This document shows positions 19,809-31,673 of a stretch of DNA of 64,000 nucleotides, one piece after another (within the stretch, counting starts at the first letter, position 1; every line of letters starts with the position of its first letter). This DNA comes from Terriglobia bacterium (GTDB lineage Bacteria; Acidobacteriota; Terriglobia; 20CM-2-55-15), in NCBI GenBank assembly GCA_965198225.1, contig CBDAOY010000009.1:256001-320000 (forward strand), given 5' to 3'. The translations under genes and the position numbers were made by a program. Under the pieces are notes generated by a model. It had not been told where the DNA came from and searched no databases. It was given only the letters and a program-made list of their open reading frames with translations.

Positions 19809-20732
19809 ATGGAGAATCGGATCTACGACAACATCTGCGACCTGGTCGGCCGGACTCCGATCGTCCGGCTCAACCGGATCCCGGAGGCCGGATGGGCCGA
19901 GATGCTCGTCAAACTCGAGTTTTTCAACCCGGGAGGCAGCGTCAAAGACCGGATCGGCCTGAACATGATCGAAGCCGCGGAAAAGAGCGGCCAGCTCAAA
20001 CCCGGCGGGACCATCATCGAGCCGACCAGCGGCAATACAGGAATCGGCCTGGCAATGGTCGCCGCTGCAAAGGGATACCACGTAGTCCTGACGATGCCGG
20101 AGGACATGAGCGTCGAGCGACTCAATCTCCTCAGGGCTTTCGGGGCCGATATCGTCCTCACGCCTCGTAACGATGCCATGCAGGGAGCGATCGACAAGGC
20201 GGAGGAGATTCTCGCGGAAAACCCCGACTACTACATGCCTCAGCAGTTCCAGAATCCCGCAAATCCGGAAGCCCACCGCCGGACGACCGCCCGGGAAATA
20301 CTGGAGGTCGTAGGAGACCGCCTTGACGCTCTTGTCGTGGGTGTCGGGACAGGCGGCACCGCGACTGGAACTGGAGAGGTATTGAAGAAAAGCATCCCCG
20401 ACATGAAACTACACGTGGTCGAGCCGGCGGAATCCGCGGTGCTTTCGGGCGGCCCACCCTCACCACACCGGATCCAGGGAATCGGCGCCGGCTTCATCCC
20501 GCAGATCTTCAACCGGGAGGTCGTCGATAGGTTGGTGGCTGTCGAATACGAAGACGCCCGGGCCGGAGCCCGGCTGCTTGCGGAAAAGGAAGGCATCCTT
20601 TGTGGTGTTTCGTCCGGCGCGATCCTGCACGCAGCCCTGGACGTGTCGAAGACACTGGGCCCCGGCCAGAGAGTGCTGGCAATTCTATGCGACACAGGCG
20701 AACGCTACCTGAGCACGGAGCTGTTTTCTTGA
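19809..20732 (+). CDS. cysK: Cysteine synthase A
   Basis: NPGGSVKDR (PLP Lys), EPTSGNTGIGLA, GVGTGGT, DTGERYLST. Confidence 0.95.
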   Translation: MENRIYDNICDLVGRTPIVRLNRIPEAGWAEMLVKLEFFNPGGSVKDRIGLNMIEAAEKSGQLKPGGTIIEPTSGNTGIGLAMVAAAKGYHVVLTMPEDMSVERLNLLRAFGADIVLTPRNDAMQGAIDKAEEILAENPDYYMPQQFQNPANPEAHRRTTAREILEVVGDRLDALVVGVGTGGTATGTGEVLKKSIPDMKLHVVEPAESAVLSGGPPSPHRIQGIGAGFIPQIFNREVVDRLVAVEYEDARAGARLLAEKEGILCGVSSGAILHAALDVSKTLGPGQRVLAILCDTGERYLSTELFS

Positions 20733-20733
20733 A

Positions 20734-22143
20734 ATGCTTCCCGGGCCCATCTGCGTTTCTCTGACTCCGCGCCGGGTGGAGGAGATATTCTCCACCGATA
20801 TCGACGGCGCAGACTGCGTCGAAGCCCGACTCGACTATCTCGAAGATCCCGAAGAATCGACACATACCCGATGGGACAGATTGAGGGTGCCCCTGATCGC
20901 GACGTGCCGGGGCCGGGAGCGCGGCGGGATGTTTGGCGGTTCCATCGCTGACGAGTTTCGGATTCTCGACCGTGCAGTGGACAACGGCGCCCGCTTCGTC
21001 GACGTGGACTACCGGTTTGCGAGGCCGTTCGACGGAGCCGAAGTCATCGGATCGTTCCACAGTTTCGAAGAGACTCCCTGGGATCTGGAAGGGTTGATGG
21101 AAGCAGTCTGCGAGAGCCCCGTGTCTGTTGCCAAGGTCGCAACGATGGTTCGCAGCTGGGGGGACAACCGGCGGCTGCTCGATCTGCTTGGGAAATCCTG
21201 GCCGAAACCGGTTGTGGTGGTCGGTATGGGCGAAATGGGCCAGCCCACTCGAATCGTCGCTCCTCTCCACGGCAGCGCCCTCACCTACACGAGCTCAGGC
21301 CGTCGATCGGCGCCGGGTCAGCTCTCCCTGGAGGAGGTGAGGAAAACCTACCGGCTCGCCAAACTCTCCAGCGCGAGCCGGTTGGTCGGGGTTATCGGTA
21401 AACCGGTCAGCCATTCCCGCTCGCCCGAACTGCACAACCGTGCCTTCGAAGCCCTGGGGATCGACTATGTCTACCTGAAGTTTCCGGTCGAAGACCTCGA
21501 CGAATTCCTGGCCAACGCGGACGGAATCGGGATTGAAGGCTTTTCTGTGACGATTCCCCACAAAGTGGAAATCGTGAAACGGCTCTCCCGCTTGACCGCA
21601 GAAGCCGAACAGACGGGCGCGGTCAATACGGTGTTTCGCGAAGGCGGCGGATGGGTCGGAGACAACACGGATGTCCACGGAATCCGGCGGGCGCTGGCCG
21701 GCTTCGACACCCAGGGCTGGAAAGTCGTGATCCTGGGGACCGGGGGCGCTGCCCGGGCTGCGGTCGCGGCGTTGGAGGGAGCTCAGTCCATCACGCTGCT
21801 TTCGCGCCGGCAGAAACCCGGCGCGCTCCGCTGGTCCCGGGAGGTTCGCCTCGATCGACTGGACCGGATCGCCGACTATGACTGCGACCTGTTGATCAAT
21901 GCCACTCCAGTCGGCATGGCACCCGGTGAGGACCGCTGTCTGGTCGAGGGCCCGATTGGTGCCGCCGTGGTTTTCGACATGGTCTACAACCCGGCTGAGA
22001 CACGGTTACTGCAGGCAGCGGCCGGGCAGGGGAAACGAACGATTTCCGGGAAGAAGATGTTCCTGGCACAAGCCGGCCGCCAGTTCGAAATCTGGACCGG
22101 GAGACCGGCTCCCGAGGAGGTATTCGGGGAGGAACTCCAATGA
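20734..22143 (+). CDS. aroDE: Bifunctional type I 3-dehydroquinate dehydratase / shikimate dehydrogenase
   Basis: EARLD, SFH, MGEMG, SAPGQ (AroD) then HSRSP.LHN, SVTIPHK, GDNTD, DMVYNP (AroE). Confidence 0.9.
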   Translation: MLPGPICVSLTPRRVEEIFSTDIDGADCVEARLDYLEDPEESTHTRWDRLRVPLIATCRGRERGGMFGGSIADEFRILDRAVDNGARFVDVDYRFARPFDGAEVIGSFHSFEETPWDLEGLMEAVCESPVSVAKVATMVRSWGDNRRLLDLLGKSWPKPVVVVGMGEMGQPTRIVAPLHGSALTYTSSGRRSAPGQLSLEEVRKTYRLAKLSSASRLVGVIGKPVSHSRSPELHNRAFEALGIDYVYLKFPVEDLDEFLANADGIGIEGFSVTIPHKVEIVKRLSRLTAEAEQTGAVNTVFREGGGWVGDNTDVHGIRRALAGFDTQGWKVVILGTGGAARAAVAALEGAQSITLLSRRQKPGALRWSREVRLDRLDRIADYDCDLLINATPVGMAPGEDRCLVEGPIGAAVVFDMVYNPAETRLLQAAAGQGKRTISGKKMFLAQAGRQFEIWTGRPAPEEVFGEELQ

Positions 22144-23069
22144 GCAAGTGCTTTCGGATACCCGGCAGCTCGTCGAACCTCGGCCCCGGCTTCGACACGC
22201 TGAGCCTGGCGCTGCAGATCTACCTGCGAGTGGAAGTCGCGGCGGGGGAAGGTCCGGGCGGTCTGTGGGTCAACCCGACAGGCGTCGACTCTGAAAAAAT
22301 GTCCGACGGTGAGGACAATCTGATCGTTCGCGTGATCGCCTCGATCGCCCGGAAGAGGGGACAGAGCCTGGGGTCGGCAAACCTGACAGTCCGAAACGAG
22401 ATTCCGCTCTCCAGGGGGCTGGGAAGCAGTTCTGCCGCGATCATCGCGGGTATAACGAGCTACGAACTCCTGAGCAAAGAACAGCTGTCGGTCGATGAGA
22501 TCTTCGACTACGCCCTCGAATTCGAGCCGCATCCTGACAATCTCGCCGCCGGTCTCTTCGGAGGCTTGGTCGTTTCGGCGACTGATGAAAACGGAAAGAC
22601 GGCCTTCTCTCGGGTCCCGGTCCCGGACGGCTTCGCTCCGGTCGTCGTCATTCCGGAATTCGAACTGTCCACAGAAGAGGCTCGCAGGGTCCTGCCGGGC
22701 GAGTATTCACGAGCCGATGCCGTGTTCAATGTCCAGCGGTCGGCCATGGTGGTCGCGACACTGTCCTCCGGGAACTGGGATCTGCTCGCCGAGGCGATGC
22801 GGGATCGACTTCACCAGCCGTACCGGGCTCCGCTGATCCCCGGGCTGGAACAGGTGCTTCGGATGGAGGAAGATGGGCTGTTCGGCGTCGCCTTGAGCGG
22901 CGCGGGGCCGACTATCCTAGCGCTGGCCGCCCCCGAGAAGGCGACATCCGTCGGGCAGTCGATCGTCGAGGTATTCGCCGCGCACGGGGTGGTTGCCAAG
23001 GTGCTTGTGTTACCGATCGATACAGTGGGTCGCTTTTCTGAAGACCGATCGCTCACCGTCGAGTTGTAA
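22140..23069 (+). CDS. thrB: Homoserine kinase
   Basis: PGSSSNLGPGFD, PLSRGLGSSSAA, HPDN, DRLHQPYR, SGAGPT. Confidence 0.95.
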   Translation: MSKCFRIPGSSSNLGPGFDTLSLALQIYLRVEVAAGEGPGGLWVNPTGVDSEKMSDGEDNLIVRVIASIARKRGQSLGSANLTVRNEIPLSRGLGSSSAAIIAGITSYELLSKEQLSVDEIFDYALEFEPHPDNLAAGLFGGLVVSATDENGKTAFSRVPVPDGFAPVVVIPEFELSTEEARRVLPGEYSRADAVFNVQRSAMVVATLSSGNWDLLAEAMRDRLHQPYRAPLIPGLEQVLRMEEDGLFGVALSGAGPTILALAAPEKATSVGQSIVEVFAAHGVVAKVLVLPIDTVGRFSEDRSLTVEL

Positions 23070-23099
23070 TGAGTGGGCTGTAGTGACAGCGTAGGAGCT

Positions 23100-24155
23100 A
23101 TGAAGATGATCAAGACTGCGATTCTCGGGGCGACCGGCACGGTCGGCCAACGTATGATCCAGATGCTGGAAAACCATCCGTGGTTCGAGATCTCCGCTCT
23201 CGCCGCCTCCGGCAACTCCGCGGGAAAAGCCTACGGCGATGCTGTCCACTGGCAGCTCGACACGCCGATGCCGGCAGCGGTCCGGAGCATGAAGGTCGAG
23301 GAGTGCCGACCCGGTCTGGACTGCGACTTCGTCCTTTCCGGACTGCCGTCGTCGATCGCCCGTCAGACCGAGCTGGATTTTGCCGCGTCGGGATGCGCCG
23401 TGATAAGCAACGCCAGCAGTCATCGGATGGGCTCGGACGTGCCGTTGTTGATCCCGGAAATCAACCCCGACCACGTCGAGGCGGTGGAGGTCCAGAAGCA
23501 ACGCCTGGGCGGCGAGGGCTTTATCGTCACGAACCCGAACTGTTCGACGATCGGTTTGGCCATACCGCTGGCTGCTCTGGAGCGAAGTTTCGGCCTCGAA
23601 GCGGTTCACGTCGTGACGATGCAAGCGCTGTCGGGCGCCGGATACCCGGGAGTCTCCTCGATGGACGCGATCGACAACATCCTTCCGTCGATCGCTGACG
23701 GCGAAGAAGAAGAAAAGATGGAGACCGAACCCCAGAAGATCCTGGGAACGTGGAACGGGGTCGGGTTTGAGGACGCCCGGATCCGTATCAGCGCGCTGAC
23801 TCATCGTGTAAACGTCCGCGACGGTCACCTCGAAGCCTGCTCGGTCGAGCTCAAGTCGAAGGCTTCCGCCGCAGAAGTCGAGAATGCGTTCGCGAGCTTC
23901 ACTTCACCAATCGACGAGCTGGATCTACCGTCCGCGCCCTCTCCGCTGATGATCGTCGAACGGGATCAGACGCGGCCCCAACCCCGCTTGGACCGGGATC
24001 GCGCCAACGGTATGGCCGTCATCGTCGGACCGGTCGCCCCTTGTCCGGTGCTCGACTACAAGTTCCGGCTGCTGAGCCACAACACTATTCGGGGCGCGGC
24101 CGGAGCGGCCATCCTGAACGCGGAACTCTTGCACAAGCAGGGGCTGATCGAATGA
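23100..24155 (+). CDS. asd: Aspartate-semialdehyde dehydrogenase (archaeal/eukaryote-type)
   Basis: LGATGTVGQR, TNPNCST, QALSGAG, PQPRLDR, SHNTIRGAAG; ATG 23100 after GGAG. Confidence 0.95.
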   Translation: MKMIKTAILGATGTVGQRMIQMLENHPWFEISALAASGNSAGKAYGDAVHWQLDTPMPAAVRSMKVEECRPGLDCDFVLSGLPSSIARQTELDFAASGCAVISNASSHRMGSDVPLLIPEINPDHVEAVEVQKQRLGGEGFIVTNPNCSTIGLAIPLAALERSFGLEAVHVVTMQALSGAGYPGVSSMDAIDNILPSIADGEEEEKMETEPQKILGTWNGVGFEDARIRISALTHRVNVRDGHLEACSVELKSKASAAEVENAFASFTSPIDELDLPSAPSPLMIVERDQTRPQPRLDRDRANGMAVIVGPVAPCPVLDYKFRLLSHNTIRGAAGAAILNAELLHKQGLIE

Positions 24156-25224
24156 ACTCGCTGACCCAGATTCCGCCGGGAACCCAGATTCTGATCGGGG
24201 ACACCGCCCGACGGCGACGCGCGGTGGAAGCGACGATCTTCTCCGTGTTCGAGGGCTGGTCCTACGAGGAGATCATCCCGCCGATGTTCGACTACTTCGA
24301 CGTGTTCATCAAGGGGATGGGCAACGACCTGGAAGATCGGATCTATCGGTTCATCGATCGTGAGGGGAACCTGCTGGCGCTCCGTCCCGAGTTTACTTCC
24401 CTGCTCGCGAAAATGTCGGCGACGCGCCTGTCTGGCCTCCCGAAACCCGTGCGTCTATCCTACTCAGGTGAAGTACTGAGGTTTGAGACACCAAAGGGAG
24501 GACGAGGTCGCGAGTTTGCCCAGATCGGCATCGAACATTACGGTGGGGACACGCGGTCGGCGGACGTCGAGGTGCTGCTGGTCTGCATGGAGGTGCTCGA
24601 GAAACTGGGCGTTTCCGACTTCCAGGTCAACCTCGGCAACGTGGATTTTTTCGGAGGCATCGTCGACCGGATCGATCTCCCGGGGGAGCGCATCAATGCA
24701 CTCAAGGACGTCCTGGACGTCAAGGATCAGACAGGACTGGAACGACTGCTGGGAGACATGCCCTTCGACCAGAGGCAGAAAAAAATCCTGCGATCGATAC
24801 CTCACCTGGTGGGCGGCCGGGAAGTCCTGTCGGAGATGCGCAGTCTGATCCGCAACGATCGCTCCAGGAGCGCGCTCGACCATCTGGACGAGATCTACGA
24901 TGTCTTCGCAGGCCTGGGACTCGAACGGCACCTCACGATCGACCTCGGGGAGGTCCGCGGCTTCGACTACTACAGCGGCATTCTGTTCCGGGCATACGTT
25001 CCCGGCCTTGGGTTCGAAGTGGCCCAGGGTGGGAGATACGATGGCCTCCCGGCGCAGTTCGGACATGATACGCCGGCGGTCGGCTTTTCCTTTACACTGG
25101 ATCGGCTCGAACGGATCGTCACCTGTGACGTCGAGACGACGAAGGCCGAAGCCCTCGCCTCATCGGCCGAGAACCGGTTCGCGGAGGCGGTCCGCCTCCG
25201 GCGTCGGGGCAAGGCGGTGAAGCT

Positions 25225-25231
<7 letters not shown>
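24152..25231 (+). CDS. hisZ: ATP phosphoribosyltransferase regulatory subunit
   Basis: LRPEFT, REFAQIGIE, FDYYSG, GGRYD; adjacent to short hisG. Confidence 0.92.
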
Positions 25232-25850
<619 letters not shown>

Positions 25851-25851
<1 letters not shown>

Positions 25852-27134
25852 TGCGAATCGTTGACCTCACCGACACGCTCGACATGGACGCCGTGGATGC
25901 ACTACTGCCTGGCGCAAAACGGGAGGACGATGTCGATGAGATCGTTTCAGAGATCGTCGAGGCCGTGCGTGACCGAGGCGACGAAGCCCTGTTCGAGTAC
26001 ACGTCGATGTTCGACGGTTTCGATCTGAAGACCAGTGCGATCGCCGTTTCAGCGGACGAAATCCGCGACTACGCCAGCGGTGCCGACGACGAGTTGGTCG
26101 AGATCCTGCGCATCGCGATGTCCAATATCCGCCAGTTCCACGAGGAGCAGCTCCAGGATTCGTGGGAGATCTATGCCGGCGACGGCGTCCACCTCGGACA
26201 ACGGATCACTCCGCTTGAAAGGGTCGGACTGTGCGTACCGGGCTTTACGGCAGCTTACCCCTCGTCGGTGTTGATGAATGCGATTCCGGCCCAGGTTGCA
26301 TCCGTCGGGCGAATCATCGTGGTCACGCCGCCCCGGTCTCTCCAGGAGAACCCTCTCGTGGCGGCCGCTCTCGACATGCTGGGCCTGCACGAGGTGTACC
26401 GGGTCGGTGGCGCGCAGGCAGTGGCGGCCCTTGCGTTCGGAACTGACTCCGTCCCGAACGTCGACAAGATCGTCGGACCGGGAAACCGGTATGTCCAGGC
26501 AGCGAAGCGACGGGTCTTCGGAACCGTCAGCATCGACATGACCGCCGGACCCAGTGAGGTGGCGATCATCGCCGACGGGACCTGCGACCCGGCCTGGATT
26601 GCCGCCGATCTGCTCGCGCAGGCTGAACACGACGAGATGGCCAGCGTGTGGCTCATATGCTGGTCAGAGGACGTGGCAGCCGCGGTGTTCGACCAGGTTC
26701 AGATCCAGCTGGAAACGTTGGACCGGGACGAGATCGCGAGAATGGCGATTGCCAACAACGGCATCAGCTTCATCGTCGCCGACGAGGACGACGCGCTCGA
26801 ACTGGTCAACCACATCGCGCCCGAGCACGTCGAGGTCCTGATGGCGGAACCCGATCGCATCGCTGACGGGATCAGGAACGCCGGAGCGGTGTTCATCGGG
26901 CGCTACTCGCCCACAGTCGTTGGGGACTATTTCGCCGGTCCGAGCCACGTTCTGCCGACTGGGCGCACGTCACGATTCTTTTCGCCGCTGGGAGTCTACG
27001 ATTTTCTGAAACGCACGAGCGTCGTGCGCTATTCGGGCCGGGCGATCGAGCGTTCCGGCAACATGATTGAAAAGTTCGCCATCGCCGAAGGCCTGACGGG
27101 ACATGCCAGATCGCTCACAATTCGAAGTCATTAA
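25851..27134 (+). CDS. hisD: Histidinol dehydrogenase
   Basis: GGAQAVAALAFG, GPGNRYV, AGPSE, QAEHD, APEH, GDYFAGPSHVLPT; ATG 25851. Confidence 0.96.
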
Positions 27135-28182
27135 GCACGAAGTCCGAGCAGCGGCCGCGTACCACCTCGAGCACTTTGTGGCGGACGTCAAGCTTGATCA
27201 GAACGAGAATCCGTACGAACTGCCCGACGAGTTGAAACGGGAGGTTGTCGATCGTGTGCTCGGTCGCACCTGGGGCCGGTATCCCGACCTCGTGCCGGAT
27301 CATGTCATCGAAAAGCTGGCCGGCTTCACGGGATGGGCTCGTGATGGCATTCTGGTGGGCAACGGCTCGAATGAACTGATCAACGCCACGCTGGCGGTGA
27401 CACTGCGGCCCGGCAGCACGATAGCCATGCCCCAGCCGACTTTCACCCTCTACAAGTTGATGGCAACCACCCTGGGGGCGAGGGTGGAGGACGTCTTCCT
27501 GAACGCCTCCGACATGAGCTTCGATGTCGGAGCGCTGATCGAGGCGGCGCGAACGTCGGACCTGCTGATTCTGTGCTCGCCCAACAATCCGACCGGAACT
27601 CTCCTGGAGCGCTCCGAAACCGAGCGAATCATCGAAAACGCCCGAGGTCTGGTGATCCTGGACGAGGCGTACCACGAATTCAGCGGGCAGACGGCGCTTC
27701 CGCTGCTGGAGCGGCACGAGAACCTGATCCTGCTGCGTACGTTCTCGAAGGCGATGTCGATGGCGGGTCTGCGGTTTGGCTACCTGCTGACACACCCCCG
27801 AATAGCGCGTGAAGTCGAGAAGGCAAAGCTGCCTTACAGCGTCAACATATTCACCCTGGCGGCCGCCGAGGTCGCCCTGGACCGCGCGGAGGTTCTCCGG
27901 GACGCAGTCCGGAAACTGATTGACGAACGCGGGCGACTCGCTCGGGAACTCGAGGGCCGAACCCGCGTCGAGGCGTTTCCCTCCCGGGCTAATTTCATCC
28001 TCATAAGGACGGCCCAGCCGGCGCGTCGACTATTCGATGCTCTCTACGCGGAAGGTGTTCTGGTGCGGGATGTGAGCCGCTACCCCCTGCTCGATCGAGC
28101 CCTTCGAGTATCGGTCGGAACGCCGGAGGAAAACACCCGATTCCTAGCCGCCCTGGACCGGGCAATGGAGACACTGGAATGA
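27103..28182 (+). CDS. hisC: Histidinol-phosphate aminotransferase
   Basis: KLDQNENP, SPNNPTG, DEAY, RTFSKAMSMAGLR. Confidence 0.96.
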   Translation: MPDRSQFEVIKHEVRAAAAYHLEHFVADVKLDQNENPYELPDELKREVVDRVLGRTWGRYPDLVPDHVIEKLAGFTGWARDGILVGNGSNELINATLAVTLRPGSTIAMPQPTFTLYKLMATTLGARVEDVFLNASDMSFDVGALIEAARTSDLLILCSPNNPTGTLLERSETERIIENARGLVILDEAYHEFSGQTALPLLERHENLILLRTFSKAMSMAGLRFGYLLTHPRIAREVEKAKLPYSVNIFTLAAAEVALDRAEVLRDAVRKLIDERGRLARELEGRTRVEAFPSRANFILIRTAQPARRLFDALYAEGVLVRDVSRYPLLDRALRVSVGTPEENTRFLAALDRAMETLE

Positions 28183-28769
28183 GTGCGCGTGTATCGGAAA
28201 AAAAGCGGAAAACGAACGAGACCGATATCCGGGTTCGCCTGAACCTGGACGGGACCGGACGGCACGAAATCTCGACCGGAATCCCGTTTTTCGATCACAT
28301 GCTGGCACAGCTGGCGCGACACGGGCGAATGGACCTGGAGATCGACGCAAAGGGAGATCTTGAAATCGACGGGCATCACACGGTCGAAGATGTCGGTCTG
28401 ACGCTGGGACAGGGGCTGGACGAGGCCTTGGGCGAGCGCCGGGGTATCACCCGATTCGCGCACGCCTACGTACCTCTGGATGAAGCTCTGAGCCGCGTCG
28501 TCGTCGATTTCTCGGGACGGCCTTACCTGGTTTTCAACGCCAGGTTCGAGTCTTCCAGGGTTGGTGATCTCCAGACCGAGCTCATCGAGGAGTTTTTCAA
28601 GGCGATGGTTCAAGAGGGTCGGCTCAACATGCATGTGGAATCCATCTACGGACGGAACCAGCACCACATTGCCGAGACGATCTTCAAAGCGGCGGCGCGA
28701 GCCCTGCACCTAGCGACGCGCATCGAGCCCGGATATCAGGAGATACCATCGACGAAAGGGGTGCTGTGA
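28179..28769 (+). CDS. hisB: Imidazoleglycerol-phosphate dehydratase
   Basis: FFDHML, HHTVED, NQHHIAE, PSTKG. Confidence 0.97.
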   Translation: MSARVSEKKRKTNETDIRVRLNLDGTGRHEISTGIPFFDHMLAQLARHGRMDLEIDAKGDLEIDGHHTVEDVGLTLGQGLDEALGERRGITRFAHAYVPLDEALSRVVVDFSGRPYLVFNARFESSRVGDLQTELIEEFFKAMVQEGRLNMHVESIYGRNQHHIAETIFKAAARALHLATRIEPGYQEIPSTKGVL

Positions 28770-28775
28770 GGGGAC

Positions 28776-28930
28776 GTAGGCCGTTGTTGTGGCCCTTCGG
28801 GGCCACGGTCGTAGGCCGTAGGCCGTTGGGCCCCTTCGGGCCCTGTTGTCCGTAGGGTCTACTCTTGGCGGAATGTGCCGCGAGAGAACGGACGTGAGGG
28901 GGACAGGGCTTGCCCTGTCCCCGGGTCTTC
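28776..28930. repeat. Hairpin/repeat cluster inserted between hisB and hisH
   Basis: GTAGGCC units (also at 14760), GTGGCCC-TTCG-GGGCCAC and GGGCCC-CTTC-GGGCCC hairpins, GGGGACAGGGCTTGCCCTGTCCCC palindrome. Confidence 0.7.
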
Positions 28931-28955
28931 AGTACGTAGAAAAGTCTATTTGAGA

Positions 28956-29555
28956 ATGCTGACAGTAATCGATTACCACCTGAACAATCTCCGGAGCATC
29001 GAGAACACGCTCCGCAGGCTCGGGCATGAGGTGCGGGTCACCTCGGACGCTGATGACGTCCGGTCGGCCGCCAAGCTGATCCTCCCCGGCGTGGGAGCCT
29101 TCCCTGATGCCATGCACAACTTGGACGAACTCGGTTTGACCCAGGCGGTGATCGAAAAAGTCACCTCGGGCACGCCGATCCTCGGAATCTGCCTCGGAAT
29201 GCACCTCCTGTTCACCGAAAGCGAAGAGTTCGGCAACCATCGCGGTCTGGGCCTCATCGAAGGCGATGTTCGACGCCTTCCCAGCGGGGTCCACGTTCCA
29301 CACATGGGATGGAACCAGCTTCACCTGACACGGAAGGACCCGATCCTCGAAGACGTCCCGGACGGAAGCTTCGTCTATTTCGTCCACTCCTACTACACGG
29401 CGCCCGCCGACGTGGGCGTCGTGACCGCGACAACCGACTATGGAATGGACTTCCCGGCGGTCGTGTCGTCGGACAACGTCTGGGCAACGCAGTTTCACCC
29501 CGAGAAGAGCCAACAGGTCGGTGAACGAATCCTGGACCGGTTTGCCCGCTCATGA
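28956..29555 (+). CDS. hisH: Imidazole glycerol phosphate synthase glutaminase subunit
   Basis: LPGVGAF, GICLGM, PHMGWN, YFVHSY, QFHPEKS. Confidence 0.96.
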   Translation: MLTVIDYHLNNLRSIENTLRRLGHEVRVTSDADDVRSAAKLILPGVGAFPDAMHNLDELGLTQAVIEKVTSGTPILGICLGMHLLFTESEEFGNHRGLGLIEGDVRRLPSGVHVPHMGWNQLHLTRKDPILEDVPDGSFVYFVHSYYTAPADVGVVTATTDYGMDFPAVVSSDNVWATQFHPEKSQQVGERILDRFARS

Positions 29556-30277
29556 ATCTCTATCCAGCTATCGACATCTACCAGGGCAATGCTGTCCGGC
29601 TCCGCCAGGGCCGACGCGAGGAGGCAACCGTCTACGGAAGCCCACTGGAAATGGCCCGGCGCTGGAGCCACTCAGGCGCCCGGTGGCTGCATGTCGTCGA
29701 TCTGGACGGAGCGTTCGAGGGGCGCCCCCACAACACGGGCACGATCGAGGAAATCCGTTCGGAATGTCCCGGCATGAAGGTGCAAGTCGGCGGTGGCATC
29801 CGCGACATGACGGCGGTCGAGTCCGTGCTGGGCCTCGGAGTGGAACGGGTCGTTCTCGGCACGGCGGCCGTCGAGGACCCGAACTTTCTCGGAAAGGCTC
29901 TGGATCGTTTCGGGGATCGGATTGCGGTCGGCATCGACGCGCGGGATCAAACGGTCCGACTGGCAGGCTGGACCACGAGCGCGGGCATTAGTGCCGTGGA
30001 ACTCGCATCGACTCTTGAAGAGGCAGGCGTCGGGCTGATCGTCTACACCGATATCTCTCGCGACGGCGAGCTGCGGGGAATCAATCTCGAAGCCAACCGG
30101 GAAATGCTCGAATCGACCGGGTTGCGCATCATCGCTTCCGGCGGGTTTTCAAGCATCGAGGATCTTGACCGTCTCAAAGCGCTGGCTCACCCGAGACTGG
30201 ATGGCGTCGTCATCGGCAAAGCCCTGTACGAAGGCCGATTGCGGCTCGACGAGGCCCTGGCTGGAGCTCAAAACTGA
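29552..30277 (+). CDS. hisA: ProFAR isomerase
   Basis: [30 protein letters not shown]. Confidence 0.96.
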   Translation: MNLYPAIDIYQGNAVRLRQGRREEATVYGSPLEMARRWSHSGARWLHVVDLDGAFEGRPHNTGTIEEIRSECPGMKVQVGGGIRDMTAVESVLGLGVERVVLGTAAVEDPNFLGKALDRFGDRIAVGIDARDQTVRLAGWTTSAGISAVELASTLEEAGVGLIVYTDISRDGELRGINLEANREMLESTGLRIIASGGFSSIEDLDRLKALAHPRLDGVVIGKALYEGRLRLDEALAGAQN

Positions 30278-31044
30278 TGCTGGCAAAACGGATCATCCCC
30301 TGCCTGGACGTTAAAGACGGACGAGTCGTCAAGGGTGTGAACTTCGTGGATCTCCGGGATGCGGGGGACCCCGTAAAATCCGGCCTGCAGTACTCGGAGG
30401 AAGGCGCCGACGAGCTGGTTTTTCTCGACATTACCGCCTCGTCGGATCGACGAGATATCGTCGCCGGTATGGTCCAGGACGTGGCCGACACCATCAACAT
30501 CCCCTTCACGGTCGGTGGTGGACTGCGGTCGGTCGCCGATATCCAACAAATTCTGCGATCGGGAGCCGACAAGGTGTCCATCAATACCTCGGCGGTGGAA
30601 CGTCCGTCGCTAGTCGCCGAAGCGGCCGGACGTTTCGGCAGCCAGTGCATCGTCGTTGCCATCGATGCCCGTCGCGAACCGCGGGACGGAGGAGCTCTTC
30701 AATGGAACGTCTACACTCACGGGGGCCGGACCCGGACTGATCGAGACGCGATTTCCTGGGCCGGTGAGGTGGCTTCACTCGGAGCCGGCGAAATACTGCT
30801 GACCAGCATGGACGCCGACGGAACCAACGCGGGCTACGACATCGAGCTGACTCGGCGGATTGCCTCCGTCGTCGCGGTCCCCGTCATCGCATCGGGGGGC
30901 GCCGGATGTCTGGATCATCTGGTCGAGGCCCTCACTGACGGCGCTGCCAGCGCAGTCCTTGCCGCGTCGATCTTCCACTTCGGGAAACATACGATCGCGG
31001 AGGCCAAGGACTATCTGCGCAAGAAGGGGGTTGTCGTTCGATGA
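30277..31044 (+). CDS. hisF: Imidazole glycerol phosphate synthase cyclase subunit
   Basis: [31 protein letters not shown]. Confidence 0.98.
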   Translation: MLAKRIIPCLDVKDGRVVKGVNFVDLRDAGDPVKSGLQYSEEGADELVFLDITASSDRRDIVAGMVQDVADTINIPFTVGGGLRSVADIQQILRSGADKVSINTSAVERPSLVAEAAGRFGSQCIVVAIDARREPRDGGALQWNVYTHGGRTRTDRDAISWAGEVASLGAGEILLTSMDADGTNAGYDIELTRRIASVVAVPVIASGGAGCLDHLVEALTDGAASAVLAASIFHFGKHTIAEAKDYLRKKGVVVR

Positions 31045-31673
31045 CCGAGGGCGCGCCGAACATCCTCGAAAACGTGGCGTTCGACGAACAGGGGCTGGTG
31101 CCGGCGATCGTCCAGGACGCGTCGACGCGCGAGGTGCTCATGCTCGCCTACATGAACCGGGAATCCCTCGAACTGACGATCGAGCGGGGGGAGACCTATT
31201 TCTACAGCCGGAGCCGGGGAGAGCTCTGGCACAAGGGCGCCACATCGGGCAATCTCCAGTCGGTAAGCAAGATCCGCCTGGACTGCGACTTCGACACCGT
31301 CCTGATCGAAGTTGCGCCTCAGGGACCGGCGTGCCACAAGGGCACGTACTCCTGCTTCGAGGTTGAACCGCAACTGGGGGGACTCCTCGGGTACCTTTAC
31401 ACACTGATCGAGAAACGGAAAGAAACACGCCCCGACGACAGTTACACCTCGTACCTTTTCAACAGCGGACTGGACAAGATCTTGAAGAAAGTCGGCGAAG
31501 AGGCAGCCGAGACTATCGTCGCTTCGAAAAACCCGGGCTCGAGAGAACTGATAGCCGAGGCTTCGGATCTGCTGTATCACCTGCTGGTGCTTCTGGTCGA
31601 GCGTGGGATCTCGCCCGACCAGTTGAGGGACGAACTGAAAAACCGACATGCATCCAAGTCTGGAACAGATTGA
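31041..31673 (+). CDS. hisIE: Bifunctional phosphoribosyl-AMP cyclohydrolase / phosphoribosyl-ATP pyrophosphatase
   Basis: [37 protein letters not shown]. Confidence 0.96.
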   Translation: MTEGAPNILENVAFDEQGLVPAIVQDASTREVLMLAYMNRESLELTIERGETYFYSRSRGELWHKGATSGNLQSVSKIRLDCDFDTVLIEVAPQGPACHKGTYSCFEVEPQLGGLLGYLYTLIEKRKETRPDDSYTSYLFNSGLDKILKKVGEEAAETIVASKNPGSRELIAEASDLLYHLLVLLVERGISPDQLRDELKNRHASKSGTD